Part shown: piece by piece, positions 1 through 9,807 of the stretch
Position numbering within the stretch: the first letter of the stretch is position 1
Layout of the letters: the number at the start of each line of letters is the position of its first letter
Assembly (NCBI GenBank): GCA_963765495.1
Contig: CAVXWP010000008.1
Coordinates: 864,001-928,000, forward strand
From: Blastocatellia bacterium
GTDB lineage: Bacteria; Acidobacteriota; Blastocatellia; UBA7656
Reading direction: 5' to 3'
DNA length: 64,000 nucleotides
Notes under the pieces: generated by a model
What the model saw: only the letters and a program-made list of their open reading frames with translations
Databases searched by the model: none
Told to the model about the DNA's origin: nothing
Translations under genes and position numbers: made by a program

Positions 1-80
1 GAGAGTGCCTGTACGAGTCCTGCAACATGCACTTCGCCGCCGCCCATCCTGCTTGCGGAGCATACTTGAAGAATCTTCAT
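1..80 (-). CDS. Glycosyltransferase family 4 (GT-B) protein, N-terminal fragment running off the window edge
   Basis: Reverse complement reads MKILQVCSASRMGGGEVHVAGLVQAL, the typical GT4 N-terminus (MKILxV...GGxE). Confidence 0.7.
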   Translation of the reverse strand, partial: MKILQVCSASRMGGGEVHVAGLVQAL

Positions 81-109
81 AAACGAGAGACCGGATATCA
101 GGCTAAAGC

Positions 110-138
110 TTGACAATACCGCGCCGCGCTAATTTAAT
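110..138 (+). promoter_or_regulatory. Putative sigma70 promoter for pilD
   Basis: TTGACA (110-115), 17-nt spacer, TTTAAT (133-138). Confidence 0.55.
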
Positions 139-240
139 CCCAGATGAGCGGCGGTAGCAAATCAATTATGACTGGCTGCCTGCCTTTCAGGATCGCCCCC
201 GATAGCTTTATCGAGCAAACGAGTAGCAAGAAAGGTGACG

Positions 241-1110
241 ATGGAATACCTCCCGGATTACTTTATTGGGATTTCGATATTTCTATTTGGGTTGTTGATT
301 GGCAGTTTCTTAAACGTAGTGATATACCGGCTGCCCAGACGAGAATCTATAGTCTTCCCAGGCTCTCACTGTCCCAACTGCGAGGCTGAGGTCAAGCCTT
401 ACGATAACATCCCCGTGCTGAGCTACATCATCCTGCGCGGGCGCTGCCGCAATTGCGGCGCAGGCATATCGCCCATCTATCCGGCTGTCGAACTGCTTGT
501 CGCATTTCTCTATCTTGCGCTGTTTTTCAAGGTCAGGGGGCAGTTCCTACCGGATGAAAAATCTTTCTGGCCGATGTTGCTTGCCGATATAGTATTTGTC
601 TCTCTGATCGTTCCACTGGTCTTTATCGATCTTCGCCACAAGCTGCTGTTGAACGCAATCACATACCCCGGCTTCTTTATTCTGCTAGCGCTTCGCGCAA
701 TCGCGCCCGATCCGATCATCATAGACCAGACCGCAAGAATGCTCGGGCTGAGTGCGTGGCCCGCGTGGGCGGTCTCTCTTGTAGGGTCAGCCCTTGGGGC
801 ACTGACGGGAGGCGGAAGCCTCTGGTTTGTCAGGTGGGCTTACTTTAGATTGCGCAGGGTTGAAGGGATGGGGTTGGGCGACGTAAAGATGATGCTGATG
901 GTCGGGGTCTTCCTCGGGTGGCAACTCACCCTGCTTACGATCTTCCTGGCTTCGCTGCTCGGCTCGCTTGTTGGCATATTGCTGATAGCGGGCAAGGGCG
1001 GCAACATGAAACTGGAATTGCCGTTTGGTGTCTTTCTCGGCCCGGCGGCAATTATCGCCCTCTTTATCGGCCAGGGTTTGATTAAGTGGTACATCGGAAT
1101 GTATACATAA
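241..1110 (+). CDS. pilD: Prepilin peptidase / N-methyltransferase (peptidase A24)
   Basis: GSFLNVVIYRLP, two CxxC pairs (HCPNC, RCRNC), GMGLGDVKM and PFGVFL motifs, multiple TM segments. Confidence 0.95.
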   Translation: MEYLPDYFIGISIFLFGLLIGSFLNVVIYRLPRRESIVFPGSHCPNCEAEVKPYDNIPVLSYIILRGRCRNCGAGISPIYPAVELLVAFLYLALFFKVRGQFLPDEKSFWPMLLADIVFVSLIVPLVFIDLRHKLLLNAITYPGFFILLALRAIAPDPIIIDQTARMLGLSAWPAWAVSLVGSALGALTGGGSLWFVRWAYFRLRRVEGMGLGDVKMMLMVGVFLGWQLTLLTIFLASLLGSLVGILLIAGKGGNMKLELPFGVFLGPAAIIALFIGQGLIKWYIGMYT

Positions 1111-1114
1111 TTGA

Positions 1115-1209
1115 ATGATGCGCGATGCGTGATGCGTGACTTTTATGGAGATTGCCTGTTATAGACAAATTGCAAGTCTGATAAATCACGAATCACGAAT
1201 CACGAATCA
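1115..1209. repeat. Heptamer-armed hairpin element, GATGCGT/TCACGAA family (copy A)
   Basis: (GATGCGT)n left arm, 46-nt spacer (1140-1185), (TCACGAA)3 right arm. Confidence 0.85.
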
Positions 1210-1240
1210 GTCTCGCATCGCAGAATAAAAGGTATAGGCT

Positions 1241-2941
1241 ATGAAAAAAAGCTGCGCTTTGTCACTCATTCTCTTGATCGTATCGATTGCGCCCGTTGCG
1301 CCGCGCGCTGACGAGCGCGAGCCGGTTCGCGCACGGCACGGCATGGTGGCATCTACGAGCGAAATAGCCTCGCGCGTCGGGATTGACATCATGAAGCGCG
1401 GCGGCAATGCCGTTGACGCGGCCGTAGCCGTAGGGCTTGCGCTCGCCGTTGTCTGGCCTTCGGCGGGGAATTTAGGCGGCGGCGGGTTTATGATGATTCG
1501 CCGTGCAGACGGGACATCGGAAGTGATCGATTACCGCGAGCGAGCCCCTCTTGCCGCAAGCCGCGATATGTATCTCGATAAAGAGGGCAACGTCATCAAA
1601 GACGCATCTACGGTTGGATACAGGGCGGTGGGCGTGCCCGGGTCGGTTGCGGGCTTTGCGCTCGCGCTCGAGCGTCACGGCAAGCTCAAATGGGCCGACG
1701 TGGTAGAGCCTGCGCTCGAGCTTGCAGCGGAAGGATTCACGGTCAACTACCACACGGCACGCAGCCTGACCGGAAGCCAAAGGCTTTTATCGAAATTCCC
1801 CGAAAGCCGGAGGATTTTCCTTCGCGACGGCAAGCCTTATGAAGAGGGCGAAAGTTTCAGACAGCCTGATCTTGCGGCTACGCTAACTAGATTGAAAGAG
1901 AACGGCCCGCGCGAATTTTACGAAGGCAAGACCGCCGAGATGATCGTCAAAGACATGAAAGAAAACGGCGGTTTGATTACGGCAAAGGACCTGGCCGAAT
2001 ACAAGCCCACGGTGCGAAAACCGCTGAGTGGAAATTATCGAGGGTACGAGATCATCACCATGCCGCCGCCCTCATCGGGCGGGGCCGCGCTGATCGAGAT
2101 GCTGAACATGCTTGAGCATTACGACCTTAAAAAGATGGGCCACAACGCATCGGCTGAACTTCACGTACTGATAGAAGCGCAGCGACGGGCTTTTGCGGAT
2201 CGGGCAGAATTTATGGGCGATGCCGATTTCGTCAAGGTTCCGCTCGAAGGGCTGGTATCAAGGAAATATGCCGCCGATCTTGTAAAGACTATCAAGAAAG
2301 ACCGGGCGACTCCGAGCAGCGAAATCAAGGCGGGCAAGCCGACCGGCTATGAGTCACCGAATACGACTCACTTCACCGTGATCGACGGGGAAGGCAACGT
2401 GGTGTCGAATACCTACACGCTGAATAACAGTTACGGGTCGGGCGCGACCGCTCGCGGCACAGGCGTACTGCTCAACAATGAGATGGATGATTTTACATCC
2501 AAGCCGGGAGTGCCAAACGCCTACGGGCTGCTTCAGAGCGAGAACAACGCCATCCAGCCGAGCAAGCGCCCGCTTTCGGCGATGACCCCCACGATAGTTT
2601 TGAAAGACGGCAAAGTGGCTTTCGCCATAGGCAGTCCCGGCGGGCCTACGATCATCAACACGGTCCTACAGGTGATTATCAACGTTATTGATTTCGATAT
2701 GAACATACAGCAGGCGATTGATGCGCCGCGATTTCATCACCAGTGGATGCCGGACGAAATCCGTTGGGAGCCCTACGGATTGAACAACGACACGCGGACG
2801 GCGATGGAAAAGATGGGTCACGTCTTTTCTGAAAGACCCGGTTACATGGGCGACGCCGAAGGCATAATGATAGAACCTGAAACCGGAATGAGATTGGGAG
2901 CTTCCGACCCCAGGCTTGGCGGCGTTCCCGTAGGCTACTGA
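1241..2941 (+). CDS. ggt: Gamma-glutamyltransferase
   Basis: Signal peptide, GGNAVDAAVA, catalytic Thr in NTTHFTV, LNNEMDDF, KRPLSAMTP, GSPGG. Confidence 0.96.
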   Translation: MKKSCALSLILLIVSIAPVAPRADEREPVRARHGMVASTSEIASRVGIDIMKRGGNAVDAAVAVGLALAVVWPSAGNLGGGGFMMIRRADGTSEVIDYRERAPLAASRDMYLDKEGNVIKDASTVGYRAVGVPGSVAGFALALERHGKLKWADVVEPALELAAEGFTVNYHTARSLTGSQRLLSKFPESRRIFLRDGKPYEEGESFRQPDLAATLTRLKENGPREFYEGKTAEMIVKDMKENGGLITAKDLAEYKPTVRKPLSGNYRGYEIITMPPPSSGGAALIEMLNMLEHYDLKKMGHNASAELHVLIEAQRRAFADRAEFMGDADFVKVPLEGLVSRKYAADLVKTIKKDRATPSSEIKAGKPTGYESPNTTHFTVIDGEGNVVSNTYTLNNSYGSGATARGTGVLLNNEMDDFTSKPGVPNAYGLLQSENNAIQPSKRPLSAMTPTIVLKDGKVAFAIGSPGGPTIINTVLQVIINVIDFDMNIQQAIDAPRFHHQWMPDEIRWEPYGLNNDTRTAMEKMGHVFSERPGYMGDAEGIMIEPETGMRLGASDPRLGGVPVGY

Positions 2942-2947
2942 TTGATC

Positions 2948-4159
2948 ATGACTATAGACGAACAGATCGCATACTTAAAAAAGGGCACGGTTGATTGCAT
3001 CCCGGAAAACGAACTGCGCAGCAAGCTCGAACGCGCGGCAAAGACGGGGAAACCGTTAAGGGTCAAGGCAGGCTTCGACCCAACCGCGCCCGACCTGCAC
3101 TTAGGCCACACGGTGTTGATCCGCAAGATGCGCCACTTTCAGCAACTCGGCCATCGGGTGATCTTTCTGATAGGCGATTTCACCGGGATGATAGGCGATC
3201 CGTCGGGCCGCTCGGCCACGCGCCCGCCGCTTACCACCGAACAGATAATCGAAAATGCCGAGACCTACAAGGAGCAAATATTCAAGTTGCTCGACCCCGA
3301 GTTGACCGAAATTCGTTTCAACAATGAGTGGATGTCAAAATTCAAGGCGGCCGATTTTATAAGACTCACTGCGGCGGCTACGGTGGCGCAATTGCTCGAA
3401 CGCGATGATTTCAAGAAGCGGTTTGAGGCGTACACACCTATCAGCGTCCACGAGTTTCTCTACTCGTTTGTTCAAGGGTACGACTCGGTGGCGCTTGAGG
3501 CCGATGTCGAGCTTGGAGGCACGGATCAGAAATTCAACCTGTTGATGGCGCGACAGGTGCAGCGCGAATACGGCGTGAGCGAGCCTCAACTGATAATGAC
3601 TACGCCGTTGCTTGAAGGGCTCGACGGCGTGCAGAAGATGTCAAAAAGCCTCGGTAATTACATAGGCATCACCGAGCCTGCGCGTGATATATTCGGCAAG
3701 GTCATGTCCATAAGCGATGATTTGATGTGGCGTTATTACGAGTTGCTGACCGATATGACACCACGCGAGGTCGAGGAATTGAAAGAGGCAACCAGCCGGG
3801 GCGAAAAACATCCGAGAGATTTGAAAGCCGCGCTCGGTCGCCGCATAGTAGCGGATTTCCACTCCGAGGCCGAAGCTCAGGAAGCGAGCGACGAATTTGA
3901 TCGGATGTTTCGCGAGCATCAGGCTCCCACAGATATTCCTGTCTTAGAGAAATCCGTCGAGGCAGTCAGGCTTGTAAAACTTCTCGCTTCGGAAAACCTC
4001 GCTTCGTCTGTTTCAGAAGCCCAGAGATTCGTCGCACAAGGCAGCGTACGCATAGACGACGAGCGCATAAGCGACGTAAAGCACGAGGTAGGCGAAAGCG
4101 CAGGCGAGATATTGATTCAAGTCGGCAAGCGGAAGTATCTCCGCGTGGTTTTCAAATGA
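2948..4159 (+). CDS. tyrS: Tyrosine--tRNA ligase
   Basis: [13 protein letters not shown] (HIGH motif), [14 protein letters not shown]-terminal S4-like domain. Confidence 0.97.
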   Translation: MTIDEQIAYLKKGTVDCIPENELRSKLERAAKTGKPLRVKAGFDPTAPDLHLGHTVLIRKMRHFQQLGHRVIFLIGDFTGMIGDPSGRSATRPPLTTEQIIENAETYKEQIFKLLDPELTEIRFNNEWMSKFKAADFIRLTAAATVAQLLERDDFKKRFEAYTPISVHEFLYSFVQGYDSVALEADVELGGTDQKFNLLMARQVQREYGVSEPQLIMTTPLLEGLDGVQKMSKSLGNYIGITEPARDIFGKVMSISDDLMWRYYELLTDMTPREVEELKEATSRGEKHPRDLKAALGRRIVADFHSEAEAQEASDEFDRMFREHQAPTDIPVLEKSVEAVRLVKLLASENLASSVSEAQRFVAQGSVRIDDERISDVKHEVGESAGEILIQVGKRKYLRVVFK

Positions 4160-4211
4160 AGCAGGTTTTTTCCAGGGCCATTCAGTTTTCAAATTGTAGA
4201 TAAGGAAAAAG

Positions 4212-4302
4212 GAAATAGGCCGCGGATGACGCGGATGCGACGGATTTTCGCGGATCTGACATTTTATGAGTTAATCCGCGTAGATCCGCCGCATCCGCGT
4301 CA
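4212..4302. repeat. Palindromic element with ~9-bp CGCGGAT repeat arms (copy 1), right arm truncated and fused to a TCACGAA arm at 4310-4340
   Basis: GAAATAGGCCGCGGATGACGCGGAT...ATCCGCGTCA; homologous to 7025, 9863 and 17698. Confidence 0.85.
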
Positions 4303-4358
4303 ACGGCATGATAAATCACGAATCACGATTCGCGAATCACCTGTGATAAAATGCTTAT

Positions 4359-5930
4359 GTGGCAACGTTGAGCGATCAAAATCCGTATGAGTCTTTAATG
4401 CAAGAGCCAAAGTCAAAGCTGATCCAACCGGCTGCTAAAACCACAAGCCCCGGCGCACTTGTCCCGCTTGAAGGGGCTCCGGTACTCGCAGATTCTAAAT
4501 CACAAGATACGCGAATGGGTGTGAAGGGCTATCTTCGGTTGCTGCGGATAATGCTCTCTCTTATGCTTTTCGCTGCTCGCGTCTTCGTCAATTCGCGGGG
4601 CTGGCTGGGAAAGAAGAAGACGCCTCCCGCAGACCTGCGACACAGCGAAGGCGCTATTCTCAGAGGCAAGCTGCTCCGCCTGGGGCCTACGTTTATCAAG
4701 ATAGGTCAGACGCTCGCCACTCGCGCCGACATCCTCCCCGTCGAATACATTCAGGAACTTTCAAAGCTTCAGGATGAAGTGCCGCCCTTCCCTACCGTGG
4801 AGGCTCGCGCCATCGTCGTACGAGAGCTTGGCGCTCCTATCGAAGACATCTTCGCGAGCTTTGAGGACGCGCCCGTAGCGGCTGCGAGCCTCGGGCAGGT
4901 CTATCGAGCGACTCTTCAAACCGGGCAGACGGTCGCCGTTAAGGTGCAGCGACCCGACATCCGCGACCGCGTCGAATTCGACATCCTCGTGCTTCGCCGC
5001 GTGGCGAGAATTCTCGACCGCTACCCAAATTTGATTCGCGGCGTAGACTGGCAGGGCACGCTCACCGAATTCCACCAGACCATAAACGAGGAGATGGATT
5101 ATCATCAGGAGATCAGCAACGCCGAGATGTTCAGAAAGAACTTCGCGGAGTGGAAACAGGTCTACGTGCCGACGATCTATCAGGTATTCTCGACCCGTCA
5201 GTTGATCGTGATGGAGTTTATCGAGGGGTTGAAGGTTACGGACACGGACGGGCTGAGAGCCGTGGGGCGCGACCCCCACGAAGTAGTAAAACTGCTTGCG
5301 CGAACATACCTCAAGCAACTGCTCGAAGACGGTTTCTTTCACGCCGATCCTCATCCGGGGAATCTGCGCGTGATGAGCGACGGGCGGCTGGCTTTCTTCG
5401 ATTTCGGCATGGTAGGCCGCCTGCCTATCGAGCTTCAATCAAATCTGATAAACGCCTTCTTCCACATCGTCGAGCGGGATGTTCACGGGCTTGTAGAAGA
5501 CATGGTGCGGCTTGGCTTTATAGAGTTATCGCCCGAAGAAGAGGACAGATTCAAACCGATTATCGAGAAGCTGTTCGACAGATATTTGAGCCGGAAGCTT
5601 GGTGACGTGCAGTTCAAGGAATTGATCTTTGATCTGGCGCATGTGATTTACGAGTTCCCTTTTCGAATACCGGCGAGTTTCACCTACATCGTGCGGGCCA
5701 TCATGACGCTTGAAGGCATAGGCACGATGGTTGACCCGAATTTCAATTTCTTTGAGGTGGCGCGTCCTTACGCAAAAGGGTTCATGTTCAAACGCGAGGG
5801 GCGGTACCTGCGAACGCTGCTGGTCAATCAACTGGTTCGCGGCGAGTCGGGCAACATCGACTGGGGTAAAATGTGGAAGCTGGCAAAGATGGCTTTCAAA
5901 TACTACGTGCGCGGCGAAAACAAGCTCTAA
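4359..5930 (+). CDS. ABC1/UbiB (AarF) family atypical kinase
   Basis: LGPTFIKIGQ, AAASLGQVYRA, VAVKVQRP, FFHADPHPGN, DFGMVG. Start may be 4398. Confidence 0.93.
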   Translation: MATLSDQNPYESLMQEPKSKLIQPAAKTTSPGALVPLEGAPVLADSKSQDTRMGVKGYLRLLRIMLSLMLFAARVFVNSRGWLGKKKTPPADLRHSEGAILRGKLLRLGPTFIKIGQTLATRADILPVEYIQELSKLQDEVPPFPTVEARAIVVRELGAPIEDIFASFEDAPVAAASLGQVYRATLQTGQTVAVKVQRPDIRDRVEFDILVLRRVARILDRYPNLIRGVDWQGTLTEFHQTINEEMDYHQEISNAEMFRKNFAEWKQVYVPTIYQVFSTRQLIVMEFIEGLKVTDTDGLRAVGRDPHEVVKLLARTYLKQLLEDGFFHADPHPGNLRVMSDGRLAFFDFGMVGRLPIELQSNLINAFFHIVERDVHGLVEDMVRLGFIELSPEEEDRFKPIIEKLFDRYLSRKLGDVQFKELIFDLAHVIYEFPFRIPASFTYIVRAIMTLEGIGTMVDPNFNFFEVARPYAKGFMFKREGRYLRTLLVNQLVRGESGNIDWGKMWKLAKMAFKYYVRGENKL

Positions 5931-5936
5931 TTTTAT

Positions 5937-6003
5937 CAGACAGGATTTACAAGATTTTTGAAGTAAGAGCGCAAAATCCTGTTGATCCTGTAAATCCTGT
6001 CTA
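5937..6003. repeat. Hairpin with ACAGGATTT/AATCCTGT ~9-bp repeat arms between convergent genes
   Basis: AGACAGGATTTACAAGATT...AATCCTGTTGATCCTGTAAATCCTGTCT. Confidence 0.8.
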
Positions 6004-6014
6004 AATCTCGCGTC

Positions 6015-6845
6015 CTATTCCTCTATATCGAAGGAGATTGATTTCGCGACCGAGGTCGATTCGTTCATATTGAGATCGACTCGGTAAGTACCTACCGGGA
6101 ACCCATTGGTTGGCTTTGTGATCGTGAAATCGATGTAGTTCTGCTCTCCCTCCAGGGTGACCGAAGTCTTTGCAATTTCGTAATTCGGTTCAACCCCCTC
6201 GGCCTTTTCGGCTATCCAGTGCGCGGTCACCTTAGTGCCGGGTGCAGGCCCTGTAAAGCGGACGCGGCAATAAATCTTTGCCGTGTCTGTGCCAACAGAT
6301 TCGACAGCGTCTCCGCCCTCTTCCGTCGCAATTCTGACATCCGAAATCGTGGCGCTTGAGCTTCCCGTCGGGCTGGCGCTTGAAGGCGCACCGGCTCCGC
6401 TTCCGCCCGTGACGGTAAAGGTCAGAGTTTTATCGGGGGCCTTTTCTTTATCCGCCGTGGGGTTGAGGAATATGTCTACTTTGTAATCGCCTGGAGGGAG
6501 GCCGCCCGTTGGTGTCAATGTGAAATCAACGATGTTTTTCCCTTGTGTCTTGATTTCAGTTTCGTCAATGTGATGATTTGGCTCAAATCCCTGGACCTTC
6601 ACCGCGGTCCATTTCGCTTTGACCCGCGTGTCATCCGGCGCATTGCCGATCTCTATGACCGCGTGTATAACGGGGTCGGTAGACTCGAATGTAGTCGTGG
6701 GGTTGACGGCTTCCTTATTGTCATTTACGGTCTTCGACATCTTCGCATCGGTTATATGCGCCGTAGAAAAATTGAAATTACAGGCACCGGCTATCAAGAA
6801 AAGAACCAAGATTGCCAGTGCTGATACTGATTGCTTTCCGCTCAT
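6015..6845 (-). CDS. Hypothetical lipoprotein with two tandem beta-rich domains
   Basis: Lipobox LIAGA-C; two ~100-aa repeats (T.V.A.W.A.K..G.EPN..I...G.P.G.Y.VD...N) joined by a Gly/Ser linker. Confidence 0.8.
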   Translation of the reverse strand: MSGKQSVSALAILVLFLIAGACNFNFSTAHITDAKMSKTVNDNKEAVNPTTTFESTDPVIHAVIEIGNAPDDTRVKAKWTAVKVQGFEPNHHIDETEIKTQGKNIVDFTLTPTGGLPPGDYKVDIFLNPTADKEKAPDKTLTFTVTGGSGAGAPSSASPTGSSSATISDVRIATEEGGDAVESVGTDTAKIYCRVRFTGPAPGTKVTAHWIAEKAEGVEPNYEIAKTSVTLEGEQNYIDFTITKPTNGFPVGTYRVDLNMNESTSVAKSISFDIEE

Positions 6846-6958
6846 CCGTTTTTCTCCTTTTTGATCTTCGCACACAGTTATGCTGCAAACCATATTGGGC
6901 AAGATCGTATGGGTCATCCGTGGCGTAGCATCCTAGCAAAAGCGCGTCCAGGTCCACA

Positions 6959-7252
6959 AGACAGGATTAACTAAATCGAAATGCACAAGCCTGGTACAAA
7001 CGAAACTCCAAAGTAGTGTAATTAGAAATAGGCCGCGGATGACGCGGATCGGGCGGATCTACGCGGATCTGACCCTGTATGACCCAATCCGCGAAAATCC
7101 GCCCGATCCGCGTCATCCGCGGCCTATTCCGATCTGCCTTTCATTCAAACTCATTTGTACCAATCTCTTGCGGAGTGATTTAGATTCGATAGGATCAGAC
7201 AAGATTCTTTTTAAATCCTGTCTAATCCATCCAAATCCTGTCAATCCTGTCT
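6959..7252. repeat. ACAGGAT/ATCCTGT-family hairpin interrupted by a MITE-like insertion
   Basis: Left arm is split (6959-6970 and 7184-7206); right arm AATCCTGT repeats at 7214-7252 reach the permease stop codon. Confidence 0.7.
6971..7183. mobile_element. MITE-like element (copy 1) with ~33-bp imperfect terminal inverted repeats and an internal CGCGGAT palindrome (7025-7130)
   Basis: Left CTAAATCgaaatGCAcaagccTGGTACAAAcGA versus reverse complement of right CTAAATCactccGCAagagatTGGTACAAAtGA; second copy at 9808-10023. Confidence 0.75.
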
Positions 7253-9692
7253 ACTCGTATCGGAGCGCGGTCATCGGGTCCACTTTCGCCGCGCGGCGCG
7301 CAGGAATGAGCGTCGCTATGAAGGCTACGAGTGAAAGCAGGAGAGGAGTAGCGAGGAAGGTTATCAAATCGGTTGCGCTTACACCATAGAGCAGGCTCGA
7401 CAGGAAGCGCGTCAGACCGAAAGCGGCAAGAAGGCCGATTGCCACTCCGATCAAGGCAAGCATCATGCCTTGCCTTACCACGAGTTTTAGCACATCCGAA
7501 GTTCGAGCGCCCAGCGCCATGCGAATTCCTATTTCATGAGTTCGCTGCGATACCGAATAAGTGATGACTCCGTATAGACCTACCGAAGCCAGCACAAGGG
7601 CGAGCATCCCCAGTATGCCTAGCAGTGTGGCTGCGATGCGTTGAGGGAAGACTGAGATGGCGAGATGATCGGTCATGGATTTTATCTCGTAGAGGGGCAG
7701 GTCGGGGTCCATCGCTCGCACTTCCTGGCGCACGGCGGGGAGCATCTCTTCGGGTGGCCCCGATGTGCGAATCTGAAGGACAACCTCCGAGCGATAGCTT
7801 TGCGCGATTGGCATATACATAAAAGGCTTCGGGTCTTCTCCGAGGAACTGGTACTTGCCGTCTCGGGCCACGCCAACGACTTCCAGTTTTGTATCGCCTA
7901 TTCTTATCTGCGAGCCAAGCGGGTCACGGTCTCCCCAGTACCGTCTGGCCATTGTCTGATTGATGACCGCCACCCTGTTCGAATCCTTATTATCTTGCGC
8001 GGTAAACTCTCGACCCTCGGTAAGCGGGATGCCCATCGTGGCAAAATAATTCAAGCCGACATTGTTGGTAAAGATGTTTATCTCTTCGCCGGGTCGGGGT
8101 TGGTATCCGTCTATTTGCGCGTGTGAAGAGCTTGACCCGCCAAAGCCGAGCGGGACGCGATGGGCCACTGTAGCCGATTCCACGCCGGGCATAGCCTTAA
8201 TTCTTTCTACCATCTGGTCGTGAAACAGCGTACCTCGCTCAGGCGTGTACCCGTTTGGGAAGAGGTCATAGCTAACAAGCAGCATGTTGTTTGGATTAAA
8301 ACCGGGGTCGAGAGTCTGGCCGTTTTTCAGGCTCTTTAGGAACAGCCCCGCGCAAATCAACAGCAGAAGTGAAAGGGCTACTTGAAAGACCACCAGCAGA
8401 TTGCGGAGCCGCGATCTTGCCTGCCCGCCCCCGCTTCGCCCGCCCGCGTCCTTGAGCGTGTTGATCAAATTCGGGTTGGATGTCTGAAGCGCCGGGGCGA
8501 GTCCGAAGATCAACCCTGTCAGGACTGAGACGACAAGTGTAAAGATAAGGATGCGACCGTCAAGGTCGGTCGCAAGCTTTACGGGGATATCGGTTGTAGG
8601 AGCAAAGGCCAGCAAGAGGCCCGCTCCCCAATAAGCTACAAGTAATCCGCCAAGCCCGCCTACAAGAGCGAGTAAGACACTTTCGGTCATCAACTGACGT
8701 ATAAGCCGCAACCGACTGGCTCCAAGCGCCAGCCGAATGGCGATTTCCTTTCTGCGGCCCACGGCTTTCGACAGCAATAAATTGGCCACGTTGGCGCAGG
8801 CAATCAGAAGTACCAGCCCGACTACGGCGGTCATCACGAGCAGAACGGGTTTGAGAAGGAACCCTGCTCCCCACGGAGAGTTCCACAATGGATATAGCGC
8901 GGCGGTCATTCCTTCGTTCGAGCGAGGGTATTCCTGAGCAAGCTGACCGGCCACCGTGTTTATGCTCGACTCTGCCTGTGAGATAGTCACGCCGGGCTTT
9001 AATCGAGCCAGCGACTGCAACCAGCGATTCCCTCTCTGTTCAAGCAATTTGTCGCCCGGAACCACCTGTTGCTGCATCATCATCGGAACCCAGATATCGA
9101 GACCGAGACCTACAACCGTTCCTCCGAAATTTTCAGGAGCGATGCCGACGATAGTGAAGGGGTGGCCGTTTATCGTCACTGTTCGGTTCAGAAGGCCGGG
9201 ATCGGAATTGAACCGGCGTTGCCACAATCCGTGGCTGATCACGGCCACGGCATGGCTGCCGGGATCGCGATCTTCTTCGGGCAAAAAGGTCCGACCGGGC
9301 GAGGCCGCGACTCCCAGCACGTCAAAGTAATTGCCCGACACAATCGCGCCATAAACGCGCTCGGCCCGTCCGCCGTCGCTCAGGCTCATGGCCTGCATGT
9401 CGAATGTGGTGACGCCTGAGAAAACTTCGTTATGGTCTCTGAAATCGACGAAGTCGGGGTAAGAACAACTGATGGGTGACCCGGAAGGCGACTTCGTAGC
9501 GAGTACGACCAGGCTGTCCGGGTCAGACACTCCCGGCAACGGGCGCAATAAAACGGCCTGTACCCAACTGAATATCGTAGTATTTGCCCCAATTCCAAGG
9601 GCAAGAGAAAGGACCGCGATGCCCGTCAGACCGGGATTTTTTAAGAGAGTGCGAAAGCCAAAACGGATGTCTTGAAGCAGGGTGTCAAACAT
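7251..9692 (-). CDS. ADOP-family duplicated orphan ABC permease (MacB-PCD/FtsX x2)
   Basis: QDIRFGFRTLLKNPG, LLIACANVANLLL, RTHEIGIRMALGA, ends DPMTALRYE; no ATPase gene nearby. Confidence 0.95.
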   Translation of the reverse strand: MFDTLLQDIRFGFRTLLKNPGLTGIAVLSLALGIGANTTIFSWVQAVLLRPLPGVSDPDSLVVLATKSPSGSPISCSYPDFVDFRDHNEVFSGVTTFDMQAMSLSDGGRAERVYGAIVSGNYFDVLGVAASPGRTFLPEEDRDPGSHAVAVISHGLWQRRFNSDPGLLNRTVTINGHPFTIVGIAPENFGGTVVGLGLDIWVPMMMQQQVVPGDKLLEQRGNRWLQSLARLKPGVTISQAESSINTVAGQLAQEYPRSNEGMTAALYPLWNSPWGAGFLLKPVLLVMTAVVGLVLLIACANVANLLLSKAVGRRKEIAIRLALGASRLRLIRQLMTESVLLALVGGLGGLLVAYWGAGLLLAFAPTTDIPVKLATDLDGRILIFTLVVSVLTGLIFGLAPALQTSNPNLINTLKDAGGRSGGGQARSRLRNLLVVFQVALSLLLLICAGLFLKSLKNGQTLDPGFNPNNMLLVSYDLFPNGYTPERGTLFHDQMVERIKAMPGVESATVAHRVPLGFGGSSSSHAQIDGYQPRPGEEINIFTNNVGLNYFATMGIPLTEGREFTAQDNKDSNRVAVINQTMARRYWGDRDPLGSQIRIGDTKLEVVGVARDGKYQFLGEDPKPFMYMPIAQSYRSEVVLQIRTSGPPEEMLPAVRQEVRAMDPDLPLYEIKSMTDHLAISVFPQRIAATLLGILGMLALVLASVGLYGVITYSVSQRTHEIGIRMALGARTSDVLKLVVRQGMMLALIGVAIGLLAAFGLTRFLSSLLYGVSATDLITFLATPLLLSLVAFIATLIPARRAAKVDPMTALRYE

Positions 9693-9807
9693 GCAGCCCC
9701 CAGATGTCTAAAAGATTGTAGGTTCACTGCTGCATTACTAATCGGGAGGGGATTTGGTTCGATTATTTTTTCCTGACCTCCAAACCTCAAGTGTCAAATA
9801 TCAAATC

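Noticed and set aside
144-240. Riboswitch or leader RNA before pilD
   Set aside because: No recognisable aptamer consensus such as the c-di-GMP GEMM motif; an Rfam search would be needed.
7039-7389. Short ORFs over the repeat elements (also 9787, 9887, 17721, 32757, 35571)
   Set aside because: They are translations of palindromic repeats or antisense to real genes, with no RBS or protein motifs.
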